A stretch of 64,000 bases of DNA. Origin: Candidatus Cloacimonadales bacterium (lineage in GTDB: Bacteria > Cloacimonadota > Cloacimonadia > Cloacimonadales > JAFGVF01). The notes below the pieces were generated by a model. That model was not told the DNA's origin. It saw only the letters and a program-made list of their open reading frames with translations, and searched no databases. The DNA lies in the NCBI GenBank assembly GCA_963663475.2, contig CAXXJV010000001.1, positions 1,920,001-1,984,000 of the forward strand, given 5' to 3'. This document shows, one piece after another, positions 50,795-62,123 of this stretch; position 1 is the stretch's first letter, and each line of letters begins with the position of its first letter. The translations under genes and the position numbers were made by a program.

Positions 50795-53700
50795 TAATTA
50801 TTTGTGATGAAGCTCATAGAACGACTGGAGTAACACTAGCTGATGATGATGAATCAGCTTTTGTTAAGGTACATAGCAACAATTTTTATCAGCAGTAAAA
50901 AAAGAATTTATATGACAGCAACTCCAAGACTATTCAATGATGATTCAAAAAGTCAAGCTGCAGAATATGATGCTGTTTTATGTTCAATGGATGATGAAAA
51001 TTTGTATGGAGAAGAAATATATAGGATAGGCTTCGGCGAAGCTGTAGAAAAGGACTTGCTTACTGATTATAAAGTTCTAATATTAACTTTAAGTGACAAA
51101 GATATTTCACCAACAATTCAAAATTCATTAACCAATGGTAAAAAAGAATTAACAACAGACGATGCCACGAAATTAATTGGTGTTATTAATGCTCTTTCTA
51201 AACAGATAATTGGAGATGAAGGATTGATAGACGAAAGTGACCCTTATCCTATGAAGAGAGCTTTGGCATTTTGCCAAAATATTAAAGTATCAAAATCTAT
51301 AACCGAAACATTCAATGAAACATCTGAAGTTTACCTGGAGACTTTAGATAAAGAAAAAAGACACAAAATGGTCACTATTTCATCTAAGCATATAGATGGT
51401 ACAATGTCTGCGCCAAAAAGAGACGAGTTGTTATCTTGGTTAAAAAGTGATGAAACGGATGAAAAAGAGTGCCGAGTCCTCACAAATGTAAGATGTTTGA
51501 GTGAGGGGTTGATGTCCCATCACTTGACGCTGTAATGTTTCTATCAGCTAGAAACTCTCCTGTTGAAGTCGTTCAATCTGTTGGTCGAGTTATGAGAAAA
51601 GCTAAAGGGAAGAAATATGGGTATATTATAATTCCAGTAGTTATTCCTTCTGATATTGAACCATCCAAAGCTCTTGATGATAATGAAAGATTCAAAGTAG
51701 TATGGACAGTATTAAACGCTTTGAGAGCTCACGATGACAGATTCAATGCTACGATCAATAAAATTGACATAAATAAAAAAAGACCACATCAAATTTTAGT
51801 TGGTGGGATGGTTCATGAAAATGAAACTGATTATACTACTAACAAAGAGCAATCAGATGAACGGAAGAAGGTCGATGATCAACTAAGAATACAGTTCGAA
51901 GCGTTACAGGGAATTGTATTCGCTAAAATGGTTAAGAAAGTTGGGGATCGGTTATATTGGGAACAGTGGGCAAAAGATGTTGCTGAGATTGCAGAAAAAC
52001 AGATTGAAAGAATTAAAAATCTCATAATAGACTGCCCTCAACACAAAAAAACATTTAATAAATTTTTACAAGGTTTACAGCAAAATATCAATCCAAGTAT
52101 TTCGAAAGAGCAGAGTATTGAAATGTTGGCACAGCATATTATTACCAGACCAATATTCGAAGCTTTATTCGAAAATTATTCCTTTGCTGAAAATAATGCA
52201 ATCTCAAAATCAATGCAAAAAATGTTGGATTTGTTGGAAGGTAATATTCTTGAGAAAGAGTCAGATAAGCTCCAAAAATTCTACACATCTGTAAGAAAAC
52301 GAGCTGAAGGGATTGATAATGCCGAAGGTAAACAGAGAATTATTATTGAGCTCTATGATAAATTTTTCAAAAATGCATTTCCAAAAATGGTTGAACAACT
52401 TGGTATCGTTTATACTCCTGTAGAAATTGTTGATTTATTATTCACTCTGTCAATGATGTATTGAAACAAAAATTTAGCAGAACAATTTCTGATGAGAATA
52501 TTCATGTTCTTGATCCGTTTACTGGAACAGGAACTTTTATTACACGCTTATTACAAAGTGGTTTAATTCAAAAGAAAGATTTGATTAGGAAATATACTAA
52601 TGAACTACATGCAAACGAGATAGTTTTATTAGCATATTATATTGCTGCAGTAAATATAGAAAATGCATTCCATGATTTGATAGGTGTTGATGCTGAATAT
52701 AAGCCTTTTGATGGAATAGTCTTAACAGACACCTTTCAAATGGGTGAATCAGATAAAAGTGAAGAACTTTTTTCTGAAATGTTTCCTCAAAATTCTGAAC
52801 GTGTAGAAGCTCAGAAAAAGGCACCAATAAGAATCATTGTTGGGAATCCACCTTATTCGATAGGACAAAGATCAGCAAACGATAATGCACAGAATCAAAG
52901 TTATGAAATCCTGGATAACAGAATTGCAAAGACTTATGCCGAATTATCTAATGCAGGACTAAACAAATCGTTGTATGATGCTTATATCAAAGCTTTTCGT
53001 TGGGCTACAGATAGAATTGAAGATAATGGTATTATTTGCTTTGTTTCAAATGGTGCTTGGATAGATGGTAACTCTCAAGATGGTTTTAGAAAAAGCTTAG
53101 CGCATGAGTTTTCTGATATTTATGTTTTTAACTTACGAGGAAACCAACGAACAAGTGGTGAGCTTTCACGAAAAGAAGGAGGAAAGATCTTTGGCTCTGG
53201 ATCAAGAACTCCTATATCAATAACTCTTCTTGTGAAAAATAAAAATGCTACACATGAAACAGCTAAAATATATTACAATGATATTGGTGATTATTTAAAA
53301 AGAGAAGATAAACTGAAAATTATTAGTGACTATGGGACTGTTTCAAATCCTAAAATTGAATGGAAAACTCTTAAACCTAATGAACATGGAGATTGGATAA
53401 ACCACCGTAATGACCAATTTGGAACTTTCGTATCACTTCAACCAGAAAATAAATTTGATTTAAAGTGTAAGTCAGTTTTCAACACTAATGCTGTAGGAGT
53501 AGCGACCAATAGAGATGTTTGGGTATATAATTTTTCTAGAAATAGATTAAAGCAAAATATGACGAGTATGATAGAATTCTATAATCAACAACAAATATCT
53601 TATCATAAAGCTAAGGAAATCAATAACGAGCTAAATATTGGAGCTTTTGTTGATGAAAATCTAAAAAAAATAAAATGGACACGGTCATTAAAAAAAAGTG

Positions 53701-54674
53701 CTTTAAATGCAATAGCATATTCTTATCGATCAGATAAAACTGTAAAAAGTTTATATCGTCCATTCTGTTCTCTTAATTTATACTACCACAAACCTTTCAT
53801 TGAAAGTCCTGGTTTAAGTTCAAGATTGTTTCCTTCTAAGGATACTCAGAATCTCATTATTGGTGTTACTGGTATGGGAGCAAATAAAGATTTCTCAGTG
53901 ATGGTATCCAATAAAACAACTGATATTCAGTTGATAATGAATGGACAATTCTTCCCCCTCTATTATTATGAAGAAAATAATCACCAACAGCTATCTGCAT
54001 TTGATACAAATGATGATGAATATATTCAAAGAGATGCAGTATCAAACTTTATTCACGAACAAGCACAACGTATCTATGGTAATCGAATTAGCAAAGAAGA
54101 TATTTTCTATTATGTTTATGGTATTTTACATAATCAAGAATATAGAAAAGCCTTTACTGATGATCTAAAAAAGATGCTACCGAGAATTCCTTTAGTTGAT
54201 GAAACAAAAATTTTCTGGAAGTTTAGCAAAGCAGGTAGAGCTTTAGCTGAGTTACATATTAACTATGAAACAATTCCTACTCATCCCAATGTAAAAGTAC
54301 TTATAAATGGAACTGATAAAACTGATAATTTTGCTGATTTACATGATGTAAATTATAAAGTCATGAAAATGAGGTTTCCTAAGAAGGATCAAAAAGACCA
54401 AATAATTTACAACAGCCAGATTAGAATTGAGAATATACCTTTAAAAGCTTATGAGTATATTGTTAATGGTAAGTCTGCAATTGAGTGGATACTGGAAAGG
54501 TATCAAGTAAAAGTAGATAAAAAAAGTGGAATCAAAAACGACCCTAATGATTGGTCAAAAGAAGTTGGAAACCCTAGATATATTTTAGATTTATTACTAA
54601 GTATTATCAATGTAAGTGTCCAGACAATGGAAATTGTTGATAATTTGCCTAAGTTAGAATTTGATAAGAAGTAA
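50795..54674 (+). pseudogene. Type ISP (LlaGI/LlaBIII-like) restriction-modification enzyme, 5'-truncated with three frameshifts
   Basis: IICDEAHRT immediately after the IS end; MTATP, QSVGRVMRK, LDPFTGTG, NPPY and the type ISP C-terminus; homopolymer slips near 50885, 51505 and 52435. Confidence 0.9.
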
Positions 54675-54956
54675 AGCTTGGATTGAATCGTAAAGGAACA
54701 TGAGCTTGTCTTTTATCATCAGGTATAACGACAAGCCTGTAGCCTTTAGTATATTATTCAGACTCTTGTAGAAATAACTATAGTAACAATTATTCTATCT
54801 GTATCTATTTTTAGTTTTAGTTTTTCTGTAAATTGTGTAACAATATTTTTCATATTTATTGGACTTCCTAATATTTTCAATATATTATTCCTTTAATTTG
54901 AAGCTTGAAACAGCCATTTTTCTAATAATTATAAAGTGGTGTTATTGCAAAAAAAA

Positions 54957-54978
54957 AAAAGTGCATTTAAGCACTTTT
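54957..54978 (-). terminator. Possible intrinsic terminator of the recombinase gene
   Basis: AAAAGTGC-ATTTAA-GCACTTTT followed by a long T run on the minus strand. Confidence 0.45.
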
Positions 54979-54991
54979 ATAAAATTTCAAT

Positions 54992-55591
54992 TCATAATAT
55001 CTTATCCAGATTAACATAAACATCATCAATTTGATCTTGGGTTATACCTATATAGCGAAGTGTTACAGCTTGGGAAGAGTGATTGAAAATTCTCATCAAT
55101 AATGAAAGATCAACTCCATTCTTATAAGCATGATAACCGAATGTTTTCCTTAAAGTGTGTGCGCCTATTTTACTCTTTATACCTGAACGATAACCATAAT
55201 CGTTTAGGAATTGCCATACATACTGTCTTGTCCAGGCTGATTTGGTAGCTGTGACGCTGTTTGAGTTCGACATGAATATAAAGTCTGCCTCTCGGGAATC
55301 CTTTAATTCTGCAAGCTGATTTACCGCCCTTTTGACATTGTCGGAAAGTCGGAACTGTTTATTCTTTCCTGTCTTTTTTTCTGTTACCATGATCGACTGT
55401 CTGAAAGTAGGGTTCTCACCTAACTCGGAATAGACGTCTTTCCATGTTAACTTAAGAATGTCGGAAATCCGTAAACCCGTCTTTATCCCTATTTCAAAAA
55501 GAACAAGTTCTTTTACTTTTCCGTCTTTCAACAGCAACTTCTTAATTCTTTGAAGTTTCTTTAAATCTCTTATTGGTTCAACATAATTCAT
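54992..55591 (-). CDS. Small tyrosine recombinase (catalytic domain only)
   Basis: MNYVEPIRD N-terminus; GLRISD, HTLRKT, FNHSS and TLRY motifs. Confidence 0.92.
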   Translation of the reverse strand: MNYVEPIRDLKKLQRIKKLLLKDGKVKELVLFEIGIKTGLRISDILKLTWKDVYSELGENPTFRQSIMVTEKKTGKNKQFRLSDNVKRAVNQLAELKDSREADFIFMSNSNSVTATKSAWTRQYVWQFLNDYGYRSGIKSKIGAHTLRKTFGYHAYKNGVDLSLLMRIFNHSSQAVTLRYIGITQDQIDDVYVNLDKIL

Positions 55592-56010
55592 ATATACCTC
55601 ATATAATTTTATTCAAGATTATAATATGAGTTTGAAGTTATATTTATTGCTGTTTAATTGTCATATTGAGCTTATATACTCGTTATGTAATGCAAAATAT
55701 TGAGCAAAAAATATTACACTGTTAAAAAATATGTGTAAGATGCATTATAACAATATTATAGCTGTATAAGTTTTACTTTACTTAATTACATTGAGTGAAG
55801 TAAAAACAATGATAAGGATCTAAAATCTTCATATTATTAATCATTACGATACTAAGTATAAAATTTTATAAGAATTATGAGTACAATAAAAATATTGACA
55901 ATAATTATCTTTACGATTTGTTTGGTAAGTAACATGAAATGAAATTTGAGAGCTTTTTTGTAATTTACGTTAGTATTTCATGTAAGATACAAAGGGGAGG
56001 GGGTAAGCTA

Positions 56011-58497
56011 ATGAATGTTGAAGAGAAAATATTTTTGTTAATGTCTCACTTAATATGTGTTGATCAGCAAATCCATAACTCGGAAGAAGAGATGCTTCAA
56101 GCATATGCTAAAGAAATGAATTTATCCGATAACATCATTAATGAAAAACAAAAAATTATTAGTTTAAGTGATGATTGCATTCAGATAAAAGAAATAATTT
56201 ATAGATTCCCTAAAGAATCTAGAGATGAATGCATAAAATTTTTGTTCATCATGTCTTCAGTTGATAATTATATGGACGAAAAAGAAATTGAAATGATCAC
56301 AATGATCAGTAAGTACTGGGATATTGATAATCTAAAAATAAATCAGATTAAAAAAGAAGCTAAAGAATTTTGTGATAAAGAATATAAGGAAAAAACTAAA
56401 AGCAGTATTGAACTATCCAGGGATGCACAATTTTTGATAAAGCTGGAGAAAATATTCTCACCAAAATTTGTTCAAACAGCTTCAGCTTTTTTAAGCTATA
56501 AGATGAAAGAAAAATTGAAAACTCTTAAAGATGAGATTCTCTTATCAGGTCCTGAATATGATGAAGCAGTCAAAAATTGTGAGATCGTAGCGAGTAGTGA
56601 TTTTGAATTTCTAATTAATTTAGTAGAACATATAGATATTGAACTGAAAGGTTTAGCAACAAAACTTCAAAGAAATGTTGCTAATCTAAAAAAAGAAACA
56701 ACAAAAGGTAAATCTGACAATGCAAAAACGCTTGTTGAACTGTTCGAAAAGCACCATAAACAAATAAATGAGGATGTACTTGATAAACTTGATAATTTAC
56801 TGATATCTAGTACAAAAAAGAAGAGAGTCCTTAAATATTTTACTATTTCATTTGTAGGTATGACAAAAGCTGGGAAAAGTACCCTACATTCTATTATTAC
56901 AAAATCTGATGGGAAAGAGATTGGTGTAGGTAAACAACGTACAACAAGGCTGAACAGGATATATGAGTGGAAAAACATAAGAATAATTGATACTCCCGGA
57001 ATTGGAGCTCCTGGTGGAAAATCTGATGAAGAGATTGCAAAAGGCATTGTTGATGAATCTGATTTAATTGTTTTTGTGCTAACAAACAACAATCAAAAAG
57101 AAACAGAGTTCAGATTCCTAAAAATTCTTAAAGAGAAAGCAAAAGCTCTAATAATTTTGCTTAATGTAAAAGAAAATCTCGATAATGAAGTTAGATTGAA
57201 AAGATTTATGAAAAATCCTGAAAAGGAATTTTCTGATGATCCGCGAAAACTTGGTGGACATATAAAACACATAAGACGTTATGCAAATGAATACTATGGA
57301 AATGATAATTTTGAGATTATTCCTGTTCAGCTTCTCGCAGCGAAAAAAGCTGTACAAAAAGAGATTGAAGACCATGAAAAATTATACCAGCATAGCAGAA
57401 TTCATAATTTTTTGAATTCTCTTCAATACGAAGTGATAAATAATGGGACTTTAAGACGTTCTCAAACTTTTCTAGGCTGCACAGTAAAAGACTTTCAAGA
57501 TATTGTGGGAGTTTTGAATGATCAAAAAACTAATTACAATCAAAGTATGAAATTTATTAATGAAAAATGGGTAGAAGCAAAAAAGAAGATTGATAATTCT
57601 AAGAAACTAATTATCGAGCAATTACTAATAAAAATTAATGAAGTTTATTTTGATGTTCAGAATTCCATTCCTTATTTTACAGATAAATATTGGAATCTAA
57701 AGAAAAGTGATATCGAATTTCAATGGAAAGTACATCTTAAAACAATCAAGATGGATGAACGAATAAAAGATTTAGTAAAGCAGGCTCAATCAGATTTTGT
57801 TGAAAGTATAAATGAACTTCTAGAAGAGATTGGTAAAGAAATTGAACTCCTATCAGCAATGTTTGAAAATGATTTCGAGATAGATAATGATAAATCGAGT
57901 ACTTTGTGGAAAAATATTTTTAGGTGGGGAGGCGTTCTTTCAGGTGTAGCAGGTTCAATTGCTTTGATTTTTTCTGGTCCTATTGGCTGGACTCTAATTG
58001 GCTTAGGTGTTGCTTTTCAGTTTGTTTCCGGTTTTTTCAAATCAAAAGCAAAACAAAAAGCTGAGAAAATTGATAAGATATCAACAGTATTAAATAAGCA
58101 AATAGAAGATACAAAAATTAATTCAATTAATATAATTGAAGATGAATTGCCAAAATTGTTTAATAGTATTCAAAATGATATCGAAAGATATTTTGAATTA
58201 ATGATTGCAAATCTTGATAAGACAATAGAGGTGTTAAATAAAGCATTGATAGCTGTTGAGGAATCTAAAGATGAACTAAATTATGCCTATGCTAAAAGGA
58301 TTATTGATTGGCTGAATAATGAAATAGGTGAGTTAACTGATGAAAATATTGCTAACACAATTGCATCGGTGAAGAGAAATATCGGAATAGATATGGAGAT
58401 TACACTAAACAAAGGAGTTGGTTCTAAAAAACAAAATGGTTTAGATAAAATTTTGCAGGAAAAACTTATGATCAATGAACAAAGGAGACTATCATGA
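56011..58497 (+). CDS. TerB-like domain fused to a dynamin-like GTPase
   Basis: CVDQQIHNSE and SVDNYMDEKE TerB-type acidic motifs; G1 GMTKAGKS, G3 DTPG, G4 NVKE; hydrophobic paddle near the C-terminus. Start after GGAGG. Confidence 0.8.
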   Translation: MNVEEKIFLLMSHLICVDQQIHNSEEEMLQAYAKEMNLSDNIINEKQKIISLSDDCIQIKEIIYRFPKESRDECIKFLFIMSSVDNYMDEKEIEMITMISKYWDIDNLKINQIKKEAKEFCDKEYKEKTKSSIELSRDAQFLIKLEKIFSPKFVQTASAFLSYKMKEKLKTLKDEILLSGPEYDEAVKNCEIVASSDFEFLINLVEHIDIELKGLATKLQRNVANLKKETTKGKSDNAKTLVELFEKHHKQINEDVLDKLDNLLISSTKKKRVLKYFTISFVGMTKAGKSTLHSIITKSDGKEIGVGKQRTTRLNRIYEWKNIRIIDTPGIGAPGGKSDEEIAKGIVDESDLIVFVLTNNNQKETEFRFLKILKEKAKALIILLNVKENLDNEVRLKRFMKNPEKEFSDDPRKLGGHIKHIRRYANEYYGNDNFEIIPVQLLAAKKAVQKEIEDHEKLYQHSRIHNFLNSLQYEVINNGTLRRSQTFLGCTVKDFQDIVGVLNDQKTNYNQSMKFINEKWVEAKKKIDNSKKLIIEQLLIKINEVYFDVQNSIPYFTDKYWNLKKSDIEFQWKVHLKTIKMDERIKDLVKQAQSDFVESINELLEEIGKEIELLSAMFENDFEIDNDKSSTLWKNIFRWGGVLSGVAGSIALIFSGPIGWTLIGLGVAFQFVSGFFKSKAKQKAEKIDKISTVLNKQIEDTKINSINIIEDELPKLFNSIQNDIERYFELMIANLDKTIEVLNKALIAVEESKDELNYAYAKRIIDWLNNEIGELTDENIANTIASVKRNIGIDMEITLNKGVGSKKQNGLDKILQEKLMINEQRRLS

Positions 58498-60200
58498 AAT
58501 CGATAGAAGTTGCTGAAATAAACAAAAAAATTGAAACTTTTGAAGAAAGATTCAAGAATATTATAGAAAATAATCAGGAGAAACTTGGATCTTTACAAAT
58601 AAATTACGAGACTGAAATGAAGCAGTATAGAGATCAGGATATTCTAAAAGTAGCATTTGTGGGGGAATATAGTTCAGGGAAATCTACTATAATATCAGCT
58701 TTAACTGGAGATCGTGACATAAAAATTGAAGCCGATATTGCAACAGATAAGACCGCTGAATATAAGTGGAATAATATAACCTTGGTGGATACTCCTGGAA
58801 TCGGTACAGAAAGAAAAGATCATGATGCAATTACTTATGGAATTATGAGCAAAATGGATTTGCTTGTTTATTGTATCACCTCAGAACTTTTTGATGATAT
58901 TACAACAGAAGATTTTATAAAATTGGCATTTAAGCAAAACTATGAACAAAAAATGATGCTGATTGTAAATAAGATGTCATTAGAGAGTGGTAAATTTGTT
59001 ACTAAAGCCAAAAACTATAGTGATAGTATAAAAGATTCATTAGAACCATTTTCGGTTGATAATTTAAACTTATGTTTTCTTGATGCTCGTGATTATATTG
59101 ATGCTGAAGAAGAAAACGACAAAGACCTTATGGAAATGAGTAATTTTTCTCATTTTATTGAAATGTTTAATGGATTTGTAAGAGATAAAAAAATCCTAGC
59201 TAAATTAGATACTCCCGTTAGAATTTTATTGAATTATATTAATGAAGCAATATTGTTAACTGCCAGAAATTCTTCTGAAGATGATGCGTATATAGAAATA
59301 CTTAACAGATTATCCAAGACTACTTTAAGAAATAGAAATAATATGAAATTGAAAGGAAAAGGTGTAATCAACAATCTGTACAATAAAATTGCAAGTGCAG
59401 GATCAAAAATATCAAATTTGATCACAGATGAAGATTTTGAAAACAAGCTCAATAATAATGGTGTTGTTATCGAAAAGTTTAATGAAATTGCCAATAAAGA
59501 ATTCTATGAAGTAATTCAAGAAATTATAGATAATGTAAATAACGAGATAGAAGATGTACTTGGTTGTACACTATCAGAAACCTTGATAAATAGAATCAAT
59601 GTTAATACAAACTTCGAAAACACTTCAGGAATTAAAAAAGAAAATTTTAATAATACCAGTAAATTACAAAATCTTGAAAACATAGCAAATTCCATTGGTG
59701 GGACAATTCTAAAAAATGCAACAAAAGAAGGTGTTAAAATAAAAGGTGTATTCTTTAGATCTTCTGAAGTAGCAGGTAGTAATCTACATAAAGTAGTTTA
59801 CAAAAGTGCGAAATTTTTTGGGAAAAAATTTAAACCCTGGGAAGCTGTAAAGTGGGCTAAAAATGTATCGAAAATAGCGAAAGTTGCTGGACCAGTTCTG
59901 CAAGTATTTTCAGTAGCATTAGAGATCAATGATGCTGTAAAAGAAAAAAAACAAGAACGACAAATTGATGATGCAAGACATGAAATTTATACCCAGCATA
60001 TTGAAGTCGCTGAAGAGTGCAGTAACGCTATGTATGAACAGTTGGATGAAGTAACTAAATTAGTCCTTCTTCCTATAGAAAATAAAATAACCAATGCAAG
60101 AAAAAGTATTGAATCTCAAATTTCAGAATCATCGCAAGAAGTAAAAGAACTGATTGCATTAAGAGACGAACTTGAGATTTTGGTAAATGACTTAAATTAA
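58494..60200 (+). CDS. Dynamin-like GTPase (LeoA/CrfC-like)
   Basis: GEYSSGKS, DTPG, NKM; KFKPWEAVKWAK segment typical of LeoA-like proteins; 4-bp overlap with the upstream gene. Confidence 0.82.
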   Translation: MKSIEVAEINKKIETFEERFKNIIENNQEKLGSLQINYETEMKQYRDQDILKVAFVGEYSSGKSTIISALTGDRDIKIEADIATDKTAEYKWNNITLVDTPGIGTERKDHDAITYGIMSKMDLLVYCITSELFDDITTEDFIKLAFKQNYEQKMMLIVNKMSLESGKFVTKAKNYSDSIKDSLEPFSVDNLNLCFLDARDYIDAEEENDKDLMEMSNFSHFIEMFNGFVRDKKILAKLDTPVRILLNYINEAILLTARNSSEDDAYIEILNRLSKTTLRNRNNMKLKGKGVINNLYNKIASAGSKISNLITDEDFENKLNNNGVVIEKFNEIANKEFYEVIQEIIDNVNNEIEDVLGCTLSETLINRINVNTNFENTSGIKKENFNNTSKLQNLENIANSIGGTILKNATKEGVKIKGVFFRSSEVAGSNLHKVVYKSAKFFGKKFKPWEAVKWAKNVSKIAKVAGPVLQVFSVALEINDAVKEKKQERQIDDARHEIYTQHIEVAEECSNAMYEQLDEVTKLVLLPIENKITNARKSIESQISESSQEVKELIALRDELEILVNDLN

Positions 60201-60203
60201 TAT

Positions 60204-60491
60204 ATGCTTTTGTCGTCCCGATATTTGTTAGTGATGATTGAATCAAAATATATAGTTAGAAGTCACCAAAATAAATCATCTCTTGAAGTATATGATTATA
60301 CCGATATTAATGTTGGCGCTTCAAATAAATTTATGTTCTATCGTGTTAGTGCTTATGAGGATGTAGATAATGAAATATTAAGTATGCTTGAAGGCTTGAT
60401 ACGTCAAAAACGAAAAGTGAGTCTAAAAGAGATTGATAATATGATTAAAAATCCTAAGAAAAGATATTATAGACAGCATAACTCTAATTAA
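60204..60491 (+). CDS. Hypothetical protein (start uncertain)
   Basis: 95-aa ORF between the GTPase stop and the terminator. Confidence 0.4.
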   Translation: MLLSSRYLLVMIESKYIVRSHQNKSSLEVYDYTDINVGASNKFMFYRVSAYEDVDNEILSMLEGLIRQKRKVSLKEIDNMIKNPKKRYYRQHNSN

Positions 60492-60511
60492 AACACATTA
60501 CACGAATAATA

Positions 60512-60539
60512 AAAGGGCAATCTTTCTGGGTTGCCCTTT
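60512..60539 (+). terminator. Probable intrinsic terminator
   Basis: AAAGGGCAA...TTGCCCTTT stem. Confidence 0.65.
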
Positions 60540-60555
60540 AGATTTTTACATAAAA

Positions 60556-60584
60556 GTTCGAAATTCATCCCACCACCTCCACCA
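60556..60584 (+). other. tmRNA/tRNA 3'-end-like fragment, candidate att site
   Basis: GTTCGAAATTCATCCCACCACCTCCACCA resembles a T-arm plus the CTCCACCA end of ssrA; no 5' half nearby. Confidence 0.5.
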
Positions 60585-60697
60585 ATAATCGGGACGATTC
60601 TTGGTGGCTTTTTTTATTTAAAAATAAATCTATTTTGCAGATAAGAGACAAGAGGTTATATGGATTATTTAAAATATATTTTTCTTTTAAACAAAGA

Positions 60698-61429
60698 GGG
60701 TGTATGGCAATACACCCCTACAATACCCGGTTTTAGATACGTAATATATCTGTAATAATAAAATGTATTATATATGAGAAATCACAAATACAATCCAGAA
60801 ATCCATAATCGTCGTTCTATCAGACTGAAGAAATATGATTATTCCCAGCCTGGACTCTATTTTATTACCCTTTGCACCAAAAACAGAGAATTTCTCTTTG
60901 GTGAAATCAATAATGAAAAAATGTTGCTGAATGATGCAGGGGTTATTGTTATGCAAGAATGGGAGAAAACGCAACAAATAAGAAAAAATATTAAATTAGG
61001 TGAATATGTGATAATGCCTAATCATTTTCATGCAATCATACAAATAGAATATCAAATCATGACATCTTCTTCTGAAAATAACAAGAAATTCCAATCACCA
61101 ACCCAAACCATCGGTGCAATTATGCGAGGATTTAAAGGTTCAACAACATTAAAAATAAATAAAAACCTACCAGCCCGTAATCATGGTAGGGGCGTATTGC
61201 CATACGCCCAAAATAATAATAATTCAGTCTGGCAAAGAAATTATTGGGAACACATCATCAGAACAGAAATCGAATATACCAAAATCTCCCAATATATAAT
61301 TAAAAATCCTCTTTGTTGGGATAATGATAAATTAAATGGGGGAGATGGGAATGTGGTTTTAGAAGATGAAATAGAGTATAAATTAGAAATATGGATGGTA
61401 TGATTGTAGGGGCGAAACATCTTTCGCCC
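60698..61429 (+). mobile_element. RAYT locus 3 with REPs at 60698-60721, 61186-61209 and 61406-61429
   Basis: Part of the direct repeat 60608-61753 / 47519-48664. Confidence 0.88.
60774..61403 (+). CDS. REP-associated tyrosine transposase (RAYT), copy 3
   Basis: Motifs as in copy 1. Confidence 0.93.
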   Translation: MRNHKYNPEIHNRRSIRLKKYDYSQPGLYFITLCTKNREFLFGEINNEKMLLNDAGVIVMQEWEKTQQIRKNIKLGEYVIMPNHFHAIIQIEYQIMTSSSENNKKFQSPTQTIGAIMRGFKGSTTLKINKNLPARNHGRGVLPYAQNNNNSVWQRNYWEHIIRTEIEYTKISQYIIKNPLCWDNDKLNGGDGNVVLEDEIEYKLEIWMV

Positions 61430-61761
61430 AGAAAGGAAATATTGCAGTCATTTGGGTGCTCTACTCTATCAAAAATCATAAAGTACTAATTATTAAACAA
61501 ATACAAGATTTCAATCTCTTAAATTTGTGACACAGGTTTTTCCATACCAATAAGTATGGAAAAAGTGAAGTCACAATTTCCATTACTACAATAATAATCG
61601 ACTTAAGTATTAATATAATAAATACTTAAACGATGTCTCAATTATTAATCAGTTTATTAATATTTTTAAGTAAGTAATTTAAGTTTCCCTATTATTTACT
61701 CTTTAAGACTAATTTTACATTGAACCTAAAAACTGAAAAATTATAATGTACATAATTAGAT

Positions 61762-61914
61762 GTAATTTTTTCGATGCCTAAGTTGTTGCAAATAAACTAC
61801 TAATTTGCATATCATAGAGACTCATGTGTCTTTTTATTAGTTGATTATGCAATTCTGCCATTACACTTAATATCAACCTTTGTGATTTTATCTAGAATTT
61901 CTTCATCATCAAAG
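61762..61914 (-). mobile_element. Degenerate right-end fragment of the IS at 49142-50794
   Basis: Reverse complement aligns to ~50642-50794. Confidence 0.8.
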
Positions 61915-61926
61915 AGTTTATTTACA

Positions 61927-62118
61927 CCCAAGTAGTGCAGTAGGATTTTAGAGAAGAGTGCAGATTATTCTAGCAAAATAAGTTACAGAATTTGAAGGCA
62001 TATAATATATATATTCATGAAAATTATGTAGCTTATTTTTGCAAAAGAATCTAGCACTCTTCACCTGTGATACGTAGCTTTAGCAAAGTATTATCACAGT
62101 TCTAATGCACTATTCAGG
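61927..62118. repeat. ~190-bp nested palindrome, MITE-like
   Basis: CCCAAGTAGTGCAGTAG / CTAATGCACTATTCAGG ends; inner GAAGAGTGC..GCAAAATAAGTTACA / TGTAGCTTATTTT..GCACTCTTC stems. Confidence 0.65.
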
Positions 62119-62123
62119 TTTAA

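Noticed and set aside
54992-60200. Integron
   Set aside because: The recombinase lacks the IntI insertion and N-terminal domain, and no attC sites were seen.
60556-60584. Complete tRNA or tmRNA gene
   Set aside because: Only a 3'-end-like fragment; no acceptor 5' strand, D arm or anticodon arm.
34484-61429. 24-bp GTAGGGGCG... repeats as a CRISPR array
   Set aside because: They are dispersed, in both orientations, tied to RAYT genes, with no regular spacers or cas genes.
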